Below are positions 22,545 to 32,800 of a stretch of DNA of 55,561 nt, one piece after another. This DNA comes from a virus (lineage: Duplodnaviria > Caudoviricetes): the IMG/VR virus record IMGVR_UViG_3300030333_004442, positions 1 through 55,561 of that record; one strand, given 5' to 3'. The position numbers were made by a program, and so were the translations under genes. Under the pieces are notes generated by a model that did not search any database, was not told where the DNA came from, and was given only the letters and a program-made list of their open reading frames with translations. Every line of letters begins with the position of its first letter. Within the stretch, counting starts at the first letter, position 1.

Positions 22545-25184
22545 TTAATCTCTGTTCTTCAGTTTCAAATGTTGGTGTTCAAATGAAACATTGAAGTCCA
22601 TCTTGCGACCAGTTGATTTTGAAGTCAATCTGATTTTAAACTTCTTGCCCCATACGGTTTCCTCTGAAATACTAAGGTTGAGTTTGTCAAGATTCGCAAC
22701 CGTTCCAACTTCTATCAAACCAGAATTTTCTTCATTGACAAGAAGCTGTGGCATCGTCGGTTGAATATGAATATATCTCCTGCCACCTATCGCTGGTTGG
22801 CTCTCAAATTCTGGTGCGAATTCACATATCCTGACAATAGGATAAATCGAACCAGCATCATCGACCATCTCTACTTCATAAATAGGCGATGGGTATGAAA
22901 TGTGCCCGTGATTATCTATAGCGCGAATACAATAGTAATATTTTGTATTCGGCTTAATCTTATCCACGATGCCCATGCCCGAGGAAATCATCTCTGTATT
23001 TTTGAGAGTGGTGCTGGCGAGCTTGATTTTCTTCCCGGCGAAGTCGCCAAAAGATTTGGGCTTCTTCAACATTCTACGAACCTCAAAGAACGCTGGGTAA
23101 TCATCAGTCTCGTACATTAGGGTGTTGTCAGTGTGCAGCTTGTTCTGCGCTCTCTTGTGCTTATTGACTTGCTCCATCTCTTCCGACTCGATGATTTCAA
23201 AAGGAATATCATATCTGCCGACGCCGCTGTTCACCAAAATTTTAATTTTATTGTTGATACCCTTGTAGGGAACAAATTCTACCTCTGGGTGGATTGGGGG
23301 GTTGTCGAGAACCCGATTTGTGTGAACGTAAATGGGAACCTCGACCAATCTCAGTGATGGCTCATTGATGACTTGCACTGCCGCCCACTTACCATACTGC
23401 ACCTTTGACACCAGTTCCTGATATTGATATTTGTTTCCAACTACAAGCTCATAAGCAGTAATGGAGTAGGTATACTGGGTGTCATACTTGACTTGTGTAT
23501 CTATGTAGGTAAACACATCCAAGTCATTTGAGTTGGGAATATAAAAACTTTGAATAGGCTCACCATTCGTATTTGGTCCAGCATATTTTGAAACCTTGTA
23601 GAGTACCGTTTCGTGATATGCCGACTTGCCCTCAAAAACTTCTTGCACGGTTCGCATATGTTTTTTCAATAATTTCTTCACCTTGCCCTTCAAGATGATT
23701 GCCAGAAGGCTTTTATAAAATCTGTACTTGGGGTGGTTAGAAACCACATCGGAAAATTTATATGTTCCCAAGAATGTGGAAAAGAGAGTGTCCAGTCCGA
23801 CACTGGTGGAGTCGGTAAGACTATCACTATCAATAGTGTCCATCCATGTTGTTAGGTCAAAAATTCTACGGTTATTGTTTGCGTAAACCTGCTTCATCAT
23901 CGGGCTGGCTTCCGGCGAAGCTATACTCTGAGCAGTGACCCCATTCATGGGAACCGTTCTGGCTTCAAACGTCTTCGCGATGGGCAGAGCGTTGGTCTTT
24001 ATGGCATCCAGCAACTTTGCTTGCAGCAGACCCATTAGCTGTGAGTCCTTCAATGTTTCTGCAAACTCAGTCATCTTGTCTGTTGTAAATTCAATATGCA
24101 TCCACATGGGAAATAATTCTTTGTGCGCCTCATATTGTGCCAAGGTCGCCATGTCATCTGCTGAAAATAAAATGTTCTGATAGCTACGATTCAAATTGAA
24201 CACTGTGCCGTTAGAAATCGCATTGGCATACGTTCGTGTCCATGCGGCAAAGTATTTCTCGGATGGGGTTGCCCTAACCTGAGCGTTTGAACTCTGAAGG
24301 TGGAACATATCATCGTGATTTGTCAAATCTATTTGATTGTTCAAGGACAGAAGCTGCTTAAAGGCTGGATTCGGGTCTTCCGAATCCTGATAGGCGAAAA
24401 ACACATACATGTTGGGAAGCGTATTGGGCTTAACCGCAATATTGTGAATGGTGCTCTCGTACCTTCTGTCAAGGTAGTTATAGTCTCCATGCACATCAGC
24501 ATAAGAATATGTCGCGGAGCCGTACTGTTCATCAATTTCTGACTTAGAGGTAAGCTGTGTAATTGAAGTGGTGTAATCGGTCTGCGTTCCATCTTGCCTT
24601 GTGGCATCATATGACGACACCAAATAAGCATTGAAAAGAGTTGCATCAAAAGTGTTCACCTCGGAGGCGGGTAGGTCATTTTGACTCGCAGGGTCGATAA
24701 TGGGTGCATACCCAGAATTACCCTCAAGCAGAATCCACTCTATTGTGCGACCAAGCTCGTCTTCTTCTGGTGCAGCCAAAGTATTGAAATGCATCTTCAG
24801 GGGAATGGAAGTCTCTGTCACTGTGGCATCGACCGACCTCATATAACACAATTGATTTTTGGTTTGTGCGTCCGTTCCTAATTGGGATATCTTGTCAGTC
24901 CAGTACAGTCCTGCTCCACCGCGCAAGCGGTCAGAAATATTTGGATGAGCAGCGAACCGCCCCGCTTTGGCTTCGTAATATTTTTTATATCCAAACGCTT
25001 GGTCAACAACTTTAGGCGAAGCCATAAACACAGAAGTTTTACCAAGCTGCGGGGTTCTATAGACCGGGGCAACCGCCTGATTGGTTATCGCTTCTACAGC
25101 TTTTTGAAGACTGTCAATGTAGCCCGCAGCATTAAAATTTTGAAAATTGCTAAGATGTACTGCGATTTCTTCTTTGGTTGCCAT
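22545..25184 (-). CDS. Large virion protein with C-terminal FN3-like segments
   Basis: 879 aa; YIDTQVKYDTQYTYSITAY and DKIKPNTKYYYCIRAIDNHGHISYPS are FN3-like patterns. Confidence 0.65.
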   Translation of the reverse strand: MATKEEIAVHLSNFQNFNAAGYIDSLQKAVEAITNQAVAPVYRTPQLGKTSVFMASPKVVDQAFGYKKYYEAKAGRFAAHPNISDRLRGGAGLYWTDKISQLGTDAQTKNQLCYMRSVDATVTETSIPLKMHFNTLAAPEEDELGRTIEWILLEGNSGYAPIIDPASQNDLPASEVNTFDATLFNAYLVSSYDATRQDGTQTDYTTSITQLTSKSEIDEQYGSATYSYADVHGDYNYLDRRYESTIHNIAVKPNTLPNMYVFFAYQDSEDPNPAFKQLLSLNNQIDLTNHDDMFHLQSSNAQVRATPSEKYFAAWTRTYANAISNGTVFNLNRSYQNILFSADDMATLAQYEAHKELFPMWMHIEFTTDKMTEFAETLKDSQLMGLLQAKLLDAIKTNALPIAKTFEARTVPMNGVTAQSIASPEASPMMKQVYANNNRRIFDLTTWMDTIDSDSLTDSTSVGLDTLFSTFLGTYKFSDVVSNHPKYRFYKSLLAIILKGKVKKLLKKHMRTVQEVFEGKSAYHETVLYKVSKYAGPNTNGEPIQSFYIPNSNDLDVFTYIDTQVKYDTQYTYSITAYELVVGNKYQYQELVSKVQYGKWAAVQVINEPSLRLVEVPIYVHTNRVLDNPPIHPEVEFVPYKGINNKIKILVNSGVGRYDIPFEIIESEEMEQVNKHKRAQNKLHTDNTLMYETDDYPAFFEVRRMLKKPKSFGDFAGKKIKLASTTLKNTEMISSGMGIVDKIKPNTKYYYCIRAIDNHGHISYPSPIYEVEMVDDAGSIYPIVRICEFAPEFESQPAIGGRRYIHIQPTMPQLLVNEENSGLIEVGTVANLDKLNLSISEETVWGKKFKIRLTSKSTGRKMDFNVSFEHQHLKLKNRD

Positions 25185-25206
25185 TACTTTTTCGCGCTCC
25201 AGTGCA

Positions 25207-25215
25207 TATAATTAG
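25207..25215 (-). promoter_or_regulatory. Putative late promoter motif CTAATTATA
   Basis: Overlaps the upstream TAA stop; 23 nt before ATG 25184. Confidence 0.45.
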
Positions 25216-28200
25216 AAGGGAATCGGATTCGTGGACCCATATTGTCTCGCTCCGACATTAGACTTTTGATGCCTTGCTTCTAAATCAGTGGCAATTATAA
25301 TCCAAGTATCATTTACTGGATTTGCTGGCGACCTCGTAAATGGAGTTAAAATAAAGTATGCATCGTACATCGGCGCATCAATTCCCTCGGGTCTTTTAAT
25401 CCCAAGTTGGTCACAAGTATATTCACTGAGCCTGCACAAAATTTCCTCACCCTGTGCATTTGTAAAAAATTCCTCATCCATAGTAACCCACCGAGGTCTT
25501 TTAATTGATGGAAGCGCACCAACCGTAACTTTATAATCTTGTGTCATCGGAATGACATTCTCAAAGCCATCGAAGCGTTCCACCATCGCCAGAAACTGAT
25601 AGTTGATATTAAACTTTGGCTCTTCTACCCAGCTATCTTGGCTCGGCACCGTCACCACCTTGTCAGGGCTGACGCTCCCAATAACAATCCCCTTAATCTG
25701 ATTCGGCATTGAAGAATATGCCACCTCCAGTGTGCTACCCTCAGTTCCGTTTGAGGTGCAAATGGAAGAAGCGACTGCTTGGTCTGTCAACATTGTGTCA
25801 AAGATGTTATCTTTCTTAGTGATGGTAAGCGCATCGCTTGGAGAAATGGCATCACCAACCTGACCCATCGAGCCGGGTGCAGTATCCGCAACAACAATGG
25901 AATCAGATATTTTAGCAAAAAAATCTGAAAAATCCGAATTCGCAGAGCCGATAGGCTCTTCTGTCACATGGTTACCAATGGGAACAATGTTTCCACTTTC
26001 GTCCATGTTCCATGCCGGATACGGGTCCACTGCTTGAAGCTGCTGGCTTTCACAGGCTGTTAACTCTGGTGGAGGGGTTGCCGCTTGGTGGAACGGAATT
26101 GGCAATTTCTGCGTCGATGGCATGATAGTTAAATTGTAGTCCGACCAAACCTGCCCCATGCTGGACTGGTATGCCTTCTGCTCATCTGACTGATTTGTGC
26201 CCGACGAAATATTAGGAATCGTGGGGAACATATTTTTAGAAGAAGACAATAGTGCTGCCTCAAGATTTATGTAATAGTCTGGGTCCGAATCCGTCTGAGT
26301 CGAGTATGCGTGGTCGCCTGCGACGACAACCGAAGGGGAGAGGAATCCGTGTGCCCCGCTTGCCAAAGTGTCTCCGCGACTAATAGTAAGATTTCCATAC
26401 ACCAAATCCGTGCCAGCGGTAGGGTCTTCAAAATATTTCTCTGTTTCTGCTTGTACCCTTTGGGTCCAATAGCCGCCATCCACCAATTTCAAACCACGCT
26501 GCTGATTGTTGCCGAACACCACATCTGCATATTCTGCTGTACCCATTATTTGGGTCGCCAAGCCGAGTCCGTCGGATGGGGCGCTCATATTCGTCAGATA
26601 ATCAAAGCCGGTTGTCTTACCTACATTGGAATCGAAAACATCATTGAAGAACCAGTTTTCACATTTTAAAATAACTCCCGGTATATTCTCGCCACTCGTA
26701 ACACTTGAACCTGAAGGGTTCGATGGGTGTGGAGTCATACTGGCTCGTCCGCGATTGCGATAATCGTCGCCAGTCAACATCTGATATTTTGAGATGAGAA
26801 TTTCAAACAAATTCATAACAGCCATGATGCCTTGTGGGGTGCCAGAAGTAGGAGCCATAAGTTTTGAAATTTTCGTTCCGATGTTATTCTCACCGGTCAA
26901 CAATGCGCTTTCCGCTTCCTGAGAAATCAAAGCAAGTGCTTCTGTGTATTTTGCGGGCGCATAGACCCAAGGATACTTCTGATAGAATGGGGCTGTGGGA
27001 GTCTGATGCTGCTCTTCCATGAATTCTGAGAACCTGTTCGTAAATCTATTTTTGATGGGGTCATAATGCCCGCCTGTTTCCAGATATGATGCCAGACGCT
27101 CATTGTCGTGTTTGATGTGTGGGTCAGCAACCTCTTGCAAATACTTCGTCATACCAAGGCGCATAGAGTAATCAAGATATAATTTTAAATCTTCATTAAT
27201 GTGAAGCAATTCGGCGGTCTTCTTCCGAAGGTGCTCTTGAATCCCGTCCTCCATGTCAATCCGCACTCCATACTGGTAAAGACCATCTGTCATGAGCTTC
27301 ATGGTTTTATCTTGCCCAGTGTAATATTGAATTCCAACATCGTCGTTGCCTGAAGAAATTAATAAATTGGATTCCCTGATGGACGCAGCACCACCGTTGC
27401 GTTCGTTCAGAAAATTGCCATCGCCATTGGCTGTCATAACAAGACTAACATATGGTTCATCTTTGTCAAATAATATTTCTCCAGTATACGGAGAGCCCAG
27501 CTTGTTAAGCGATTTAACGTCCTTGACCCTTCTTCTTAAAATGGTCATGTTCCTGACACTTGCTGCATTGAGGATTACATTTCTTGTTGATTCACTAAGG
27601 CGCTCAAGCATCCAACCATAAACTGAGTTGCGCTGCAAAAATGATTTCTTGTCAAAAGCAAACATGAAACGCGCTGTTCCATCCGTATCTCTCGACAACC
27701 AAAGGTCAGAGAAATACAAATACTTGTGGTCAACAAATGGTCTATCTTTGCCACAATATTTATTCTTTCGTACCGCGCTCAGTGCATCTTCGATATCGGC
27801 ATCCAAAGAATATTTCATAATCTCGGCTACATCACGAAAATCTTGCACCACATCATTCGGGATGGTGCGTTTGGTCAGCTTAGTCGAAGATGCCGTCGAT
27901 GTGCTGCCTGTTGCCCACGAAGCGGCACCGGTCTGGTGAATGGGACCAGTCCAATACTCTCCAGAAGGAGTCAGCCAGACGTTCGATGTTGAAGTAACGC
28001 TACCCCTCTTGATGACTATCTCTGAAACAACTTTTCCATTCTGATTGTCAAGCGTTCCCTCGTTGTACTCTAAATCATAGTCTTCCTTCAACGCACCCAA
28101 GTCAAGATAAGACACTGCAAAAATGCCAAGGTCTTGGGGGTCCACATTGTTCACTTCAAAAACAGCCCGATAAGTAAAATCATGAATGGATACTCCATTT

Positions 28201-28757
28201 TCATTGACCGAGCTTGAAACTTGAATTGGGTCGGAGTTGTCGCCAATCACATCTGCCGACACAGACATTATTGCGCCTTGTATGTGACCAGTGTTGTGAA
28301 GCGTTTCCCACTCACTGTCGCTCACATAGCTCCGACGAATTTCAAGCTCTTCTTGGCTCCATGTACTCTCGCCGTTATTGTTTGCCGCACTTCCTGCGGC
28401 GTTGATGCCCTCCGAAGCAAAATTAATCATATTTTGACTGTGAGAGAAAAGTTGAATTGCGCCCTTGTGCGTACTCATGGTAACCCACAGCTTCAAGTAT
28501 TTATGAAACTCCTGCTCTCTAAACCAAGAACCGATTAAGGTATTGTCAAGCTGCTCTTTTAAGCAAAGGTCAACGCTAATACGCAATGTCCTGTTCTCCG
28601 CAGCCTCAGTGTACGCAACGACTGATGCGGCTTCCCTATCGTGCAAGATGTGGGGGTTATCTTCAATAGCGGGTGTGCCAGAGGACTCCAATGTAACTCC
28701 GTCGATATAAACATCTGGAATCAACATCCCGAGCAAGCTTTCTTGTGAAATAGCCAT
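25212..28757 (-). CDS. Large hypothetical virion/baseplate protein
   Basis: ~1181 aa; start MAISQ at 28757 via a TGATG overlap; located in the baseplate block. Confidence 0.7.
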   Translation of the reverse strand: MAISQESLLGMLIPDVYIDGVTLESSGTPAIEDNPHILHDREAASVVAYTEAAENRTLRISVDLCLKEQLDNTLIGSWFREQEFHKYLKLWVTMSTHKGAIQLFSHSQNMINFASEGINAAGSAANNNGESTWSQEELEIRRSYVSDSEWETLHNTGHIQGAIMSVSADVIGDNSDPIQVSSSVNENGVSIHDFTYRAVFEVNNVDPQDLGIFAVSYLDLGALKEDYDLEYNEGTLDNQNGKVVSEIVIKRGSVTSTSNVWLTPSGEYWTGPIHQTGAASWATGSTSTASSTKLTKRTIPNDVVQDFRDVAEIMKYSLDADIEDALSAVRKNKYCGKDRPFVDHKYLYFSDLWLSRDTDGTARFMFAFDKKSFLQRNSVYGWMLERLSESTRNVILNAASVRNMTILRRRVKDVKSLNKLGSPYTGEILFDKDEPYVSLVMTANGDGNFLNERNGGAASIRESNLLISSGNDDVGIQYYTGQDKTMKLMTDGLYQYGVRIDMEDGIQEHLRKKTAELLHINEDLKLYLDYSMRLGMTKYLQEVADPHIKHDNERLASYLETGGHYDPIKNRFTNRFSEFMEEQHQTPTAPFYQKYPWVYAPAKYTEALALISQEAESALLTGENNIGTKISKLMAPTSGTPQGIMAVMNLFEILISKYQMLTGDDYRNRGRASMTPHPSNPSGSSVTSGENIPGVILKCENWFFNDVFDSNVGKTTGFDYLTNMSAPSDGLGLATQIMGTAEYADVVFGNNQQRGLKLVDGGYWTQRVQAETEKYFEDPTAGTDLVYGNLTISRGDTLASGAHGFLSPSVVVAGDHAYSTQTDSDPDYYINLEAALLSSSKNMFPTIPNISSGTNQSDEQKAYQSSMGQVWSDYNLTIMPSTQKLPIPFHQAATPPPELTACESQQLQAVDPYPAWNMDESGNIVPIGNHVTEEPIGSANSDFSDFFAKISDSIVVADTAPGSMGQVGDAISPSDALTITKKDNIFDTMLTDQAVASSICTSNGTEGSTLEVAYSSMPNQIKGIVIGSVSPDKVVTVPSQDSWVEEPKFNINYQFLAMVERFDGFENVIPMTQDYKVTVGALPSIKRPRWVTMDEEFFTNAQGEEILCRLSEYTCDQLGIKRPEGIDAPMYDAYFILTPFTRSPANPVNDTWIIIATDLEARHQKSNVGARQYGSTNPIPF

Positions 28758-29857
28758 CAGCAATCATCTCCATATGGACCGTTTGAAGTGTCACCAGAAC
28801 GTGTTGAGCTTGAATACAAGCCGCTGGTGCCTGTGCGCTCTTCACAGTCTAAGAAGCCATTGTCAAGACCACCACACTTGTTGGGGTCGGCAGCTACACC
28901 GGAATCACACAAGACTTGAGGATTGATTTCTCTATCTACACGGATATCTAAATAGTGTTCAACAAAAGTTGGGTCATAATTGTATATCTGCGGTGGAGCA
29001 GGGTCATCAACCAACACCCCGTTGACAATGTTGCTCCATCGCCTTCCAAATTTTAGTGGAATAAGTTTTTCAATTTTGCTCTGCTCAGAAGCAGCCAGAC
29101 CGGGGGTGGAAACCTTACCGGTCATGTCCACTTCTTCGATGAGAAAGACTTCAATATCAAAATTTTCTTTCAAGCAATCAGTGTTCTGTTCGTCAATCTC
29201 CAACAAGAGATGGTCGGAGGTCACTTGAATATACGAACCGTCCTCATATTGTTGAGTTGCCATCTGTAGCTCACCAGAAGTACCAGTGGAGCCAAAGCTG
29301 CCTGCCTGATGTATACCGGGCGTTTCATTACCTTCTGGGTCTGGAGGTGCCTCTGTTTTTATTTCTGTCCAACACTTCACGTTTGCAACATTTAATTGTG
29401 GAATCATTAAAGTGGGCTGTGCGCCCTGCTGGTAACGAAAGGCACCTGAGAAGCTTCCGCGCAAAGTCGTAGCCGACCACGATGGGGCATAAGTTGTTCT
29501 CGCAGTAGATTTGCCTAACGGCGCAGAGAGTGCATAGTGCTTCTCTGGTGTCTGCTGTGCCTTCTTGTCGCGGAGCCCAGTACGGTTGTTGCGAATAAGC
29601 TCGTTTATTTCAGTGACATTCGATTCTCTCCCAGAGAAAACATATTGTGGTTTAGGCGAAGGAGTCTCAGTCAAAATCCTATCTTGAGCATAGTTTTGTT
29701 CCTCTGCGGAGTCGCCAGTGTATTGCCAATCATAAGTAATGTCATCATCAAAGAAAGAATAATACACGGGTGCAAATTCGCCCTTAGAAAGCAAATGTTT
29801 CCCATACTGGGTCAACTCGATGTGCATTACTTCTTCTTTCTTATCAAAAAATGACAT
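28757..29857 (-). CDS. Baseplate-associated protein
   Basis: The N-terminus IELTQYGKHLLSKGEFAPVYYSFFDDDITYD parallels the N-terminus of 21521..22480. Confidence 0.7.
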   Translation of the reverse strand: MSFFDKKEEVMHIELTQYGKHLLSKGEFAPVYYSFFDDDITYDWQYTGDSAEEQNYAQDRILTETPSPKPQYVFSGRESNVTEINELIRNNRTGLRDKKAQQTPEKHYALSAPLGKSTARTTYAPSWSATTLRGSFSGAFRYQQGAQPTLMIPQLNVANVKCWTEIKTEAPPDPEGNETPGIHQAGSFGSTGTSGELQMATQQYEDGSYIQVTSDHLLLEIDEQNTDCLKENFDIEVFLIEEVDMTGKVSTPGLAASEQSKIEKLIPLKFGRRWSNIVNGVLVDDPAPPQIYNYDPTFVEHYLDIRVDREINPQVLCDSGVAADPNKCGGLDNGFLDCEERTGTSGLYSSSTRSGDTSNGPYGDDC

Positions 29858-32800
29858 TATCTATCCTCTTCTGTACCGAACGTGAATGTTGCCGGGGCTC
29901 GGCTCATGTCCTGTACGCTACTCTCCTTCACTGCACCAATCTGTCTCCGAACCTCTGAGCTAGAAATCTCATCTTGTGATGAGGTTACCTGTGGGACTTG
30001 AAGCAATTGATTTTCAAAAATATCAAGCCCAGCCTCGACCTGAATCAACTCCAGCATGGTGAAGTAATCATATGGCCAATTGTAACTATATTTGGGTGGC
30101 GTTTTACCCATTTCAAAATCAAAGGAAAATCTTCCATCGTCTGTACCGCGAGCGGTCGCCTCAAAATAATCCTCTTTCGCACGCTTCTTGACCTTGAATG
30201 TCATCCATCGCACATGCCTTGGCAAATTATTTTCTTCAAAAAAGTCAACGGGGCTCAAGTCATGGATGAGCGTCGATGAGTCATGTTCTGCGGTCACTGC
30301 AATCTTCGGTGGCAAGCCTTGCCAAATGTCTGCCAAGTCTTGCTTATCGAACCGATGATTGAATTCAAAGATGTACATGACGAACGGGTCTTCTGATGCC
30401 TCCATTGGGTATCGAACGAAATCGAATTTGGGTGGAAGGTTATATTTCTTCATGAGCTTAATCATCTTACTGATAGAAGTCTCTTGAATTTCCTGATTTG
30501 AGGTGACTCCAAACCACTGCATCGGTTTTACTGCCGGGTCGCCTGCTTCAATATTGTTCTTCTGCATGTTAAAAAGGTCTTTATTAATTTTAAAGAAATG
30601 TCTGCCGTCCACAACAATGGTTTCTGCTGTAGTGTCTGATTCTTTGTCAACAAACGGAATCATCACCACCGCTTCGGAGATTTCTTTTGATGGGGCGATT
30701 TCACCAACCTTCTGTTTTTGGGGCTGGAAGCCGCACACATCAATAAGCGAACCGTGGGCGAGAGAGTGAGACTTTGTTGCAGATGAGATTGTCGATTCTT
30801 CAATTGTCACAAACACACCTTGTGCTTCTGCCGGTATCACACCGTATGAAGACCAGATTCCCATGCCGCTGTTCTCACCTTCTGTAGTGGTATCTTTAAT
30901 CACATACCCATTCTCTGACTGGGCTATCTGCAAATCCGAATCTGACCATGCGGGTGTGAGGGCAAGCTGGGCTCGACCACTGGGTAACCCGAAGGCTCCC
31001 GCTTCAAAGTCCGACAATGCTGGCACAGCCATCGTAGAGAGTGCCGGTGCAGTGTAAAAATTCAAAATCGGGCACTCCCATTTCGTTCCGATGGTCCACA
31101 CATCGCCACTGCTGCCCTGTGAATCGGTGGCTGTCAGTGGCACAAACTTTTGTAATGACTCGTCAAGGTCATCTCGCAAGTTAGCAAGTTGAGCACGGTA
31201 TTCAATTTGTTTGATACTCGTCTTTCCGAAGAGATTCATGGATGCCGAGATTGTTGTCCGTGCCTTCCATGCCGGGGAACTCGAAATTTCGCGACTGTTA
31301 TACCAGATATCGCCATTGTCCTCTTGGGCACACTTGACAAATCGCTGCCATGCTTCAGGGGAGATGTTCGTGACTTTAGCACCAGCGAAGATTTCCTCCA
31401 ACGTAAACTTCTTTGTTATAGATGGTGTAAAAGAAATTCTTGCCGTTTGTTTACCATAAAGATAGGGAGGAACATACGGTGCTTGGGCTGGGTCGCGAAG
31501 CATCTGAGCCTCTATACTGTTCAAGCCTGCTTCGTCGTTAATCCTATAGTCGTCCAAACCTTTCCACTGGAAGGCTGGACCATAATATCTGCCCTCCATA
31601 GTGAACACGCTCGTACCTGTCTCGCCAAACGCAATCTTGTTTGGTCGCCCGAGCGCGTAAGAATCTGAATATGGGCTGGCAAGTGTGGTAAAGTTTTCTG
31701 ACTGATTCATGGAAACATTCATGTAATAGGTCTTGCCAGCTTCCATCACCTTAAACTGCGATTCTGGTTTTGATGCGAATGAGACGAGCTTGCTATCCTT
31801 CAAGAAGAAATTTGGAACCTCTGCCAAGAAGTTGTGCATAGCCATTTCAAAACGAGGGTCGCCGTTGTTCCCTTGATATTCAAAATAGGGATAACAATAA
31901 TTTCGCCAGTTGGATGCATATGCCTTACCCGTGTCGCCGCCGCCTGATTCATTACCAGCACCAACATAATATTCTGGGACCATTAGATAAATTTGGTGAG
32001 GCTTTGGTGTCACACGGATTTGATTAATATCTTCTGCGGTGTATCCACCGTACAATGTGAATGGTCCTTGTTGTGGTTTTGCTGATTCTTCCATGACCGC
32101 TACGTTGCTTCCCGTTCTCTCTGAAAATGTGCTCTCAACGCCCAAAGTCTCATCTTGCGTAAAAAGGTAAGACGCATCATTTTGAAAGGATTGAAGCCCT
32201 CCATCCCACGCGAATCCACCGGATATCGACTGAATGCCGCCACTAACAGTATCGTATCTCCTTTGGTCATTGTAGTTACCCTTCATGGTTACACCGTCTG
32301 CACTGACTTGTCTAATTCCCAACTCTGTGTCAACGCTGTATTTAGCAGAGCCCTTCCAACCCCAACCATCAATCCACTCACACAGCGCCAAGGTTCCAAG
32401 ATGGCGTGTAATCGACACAGCGCAAACATCGCCAAGGATGGCACCATCGACCATATCGGAAGCCTTCTCTGCACCACCAGTAAAGAAGCACCAAGGCTCG
32501 ACACTTCCAGCACGCATCCAATAAGATGGTGCGTCCTGCCCAGCCCCGCCAGTGTAGGGATACTCATAATCGGATAGTGAATTGCCCGTGTCGTCCGTAT
32601 TTTGGAAAGGATTGACCAAATGAAGCACCTTCCAGTTGAGGGGGATGTGCTTGACGGCTTCGGAATGAAGGCTCTGATGAATCCAGTGCTGAGGGCAACC
32701 TGCTGGTCCCTCTTCAGAATAAATATCTTCCTCATTTTCAATAAGCATCGCTGAATTAATAAACCCGCCACCACCAGCTTTTGCCATACTGGTGTGATTT

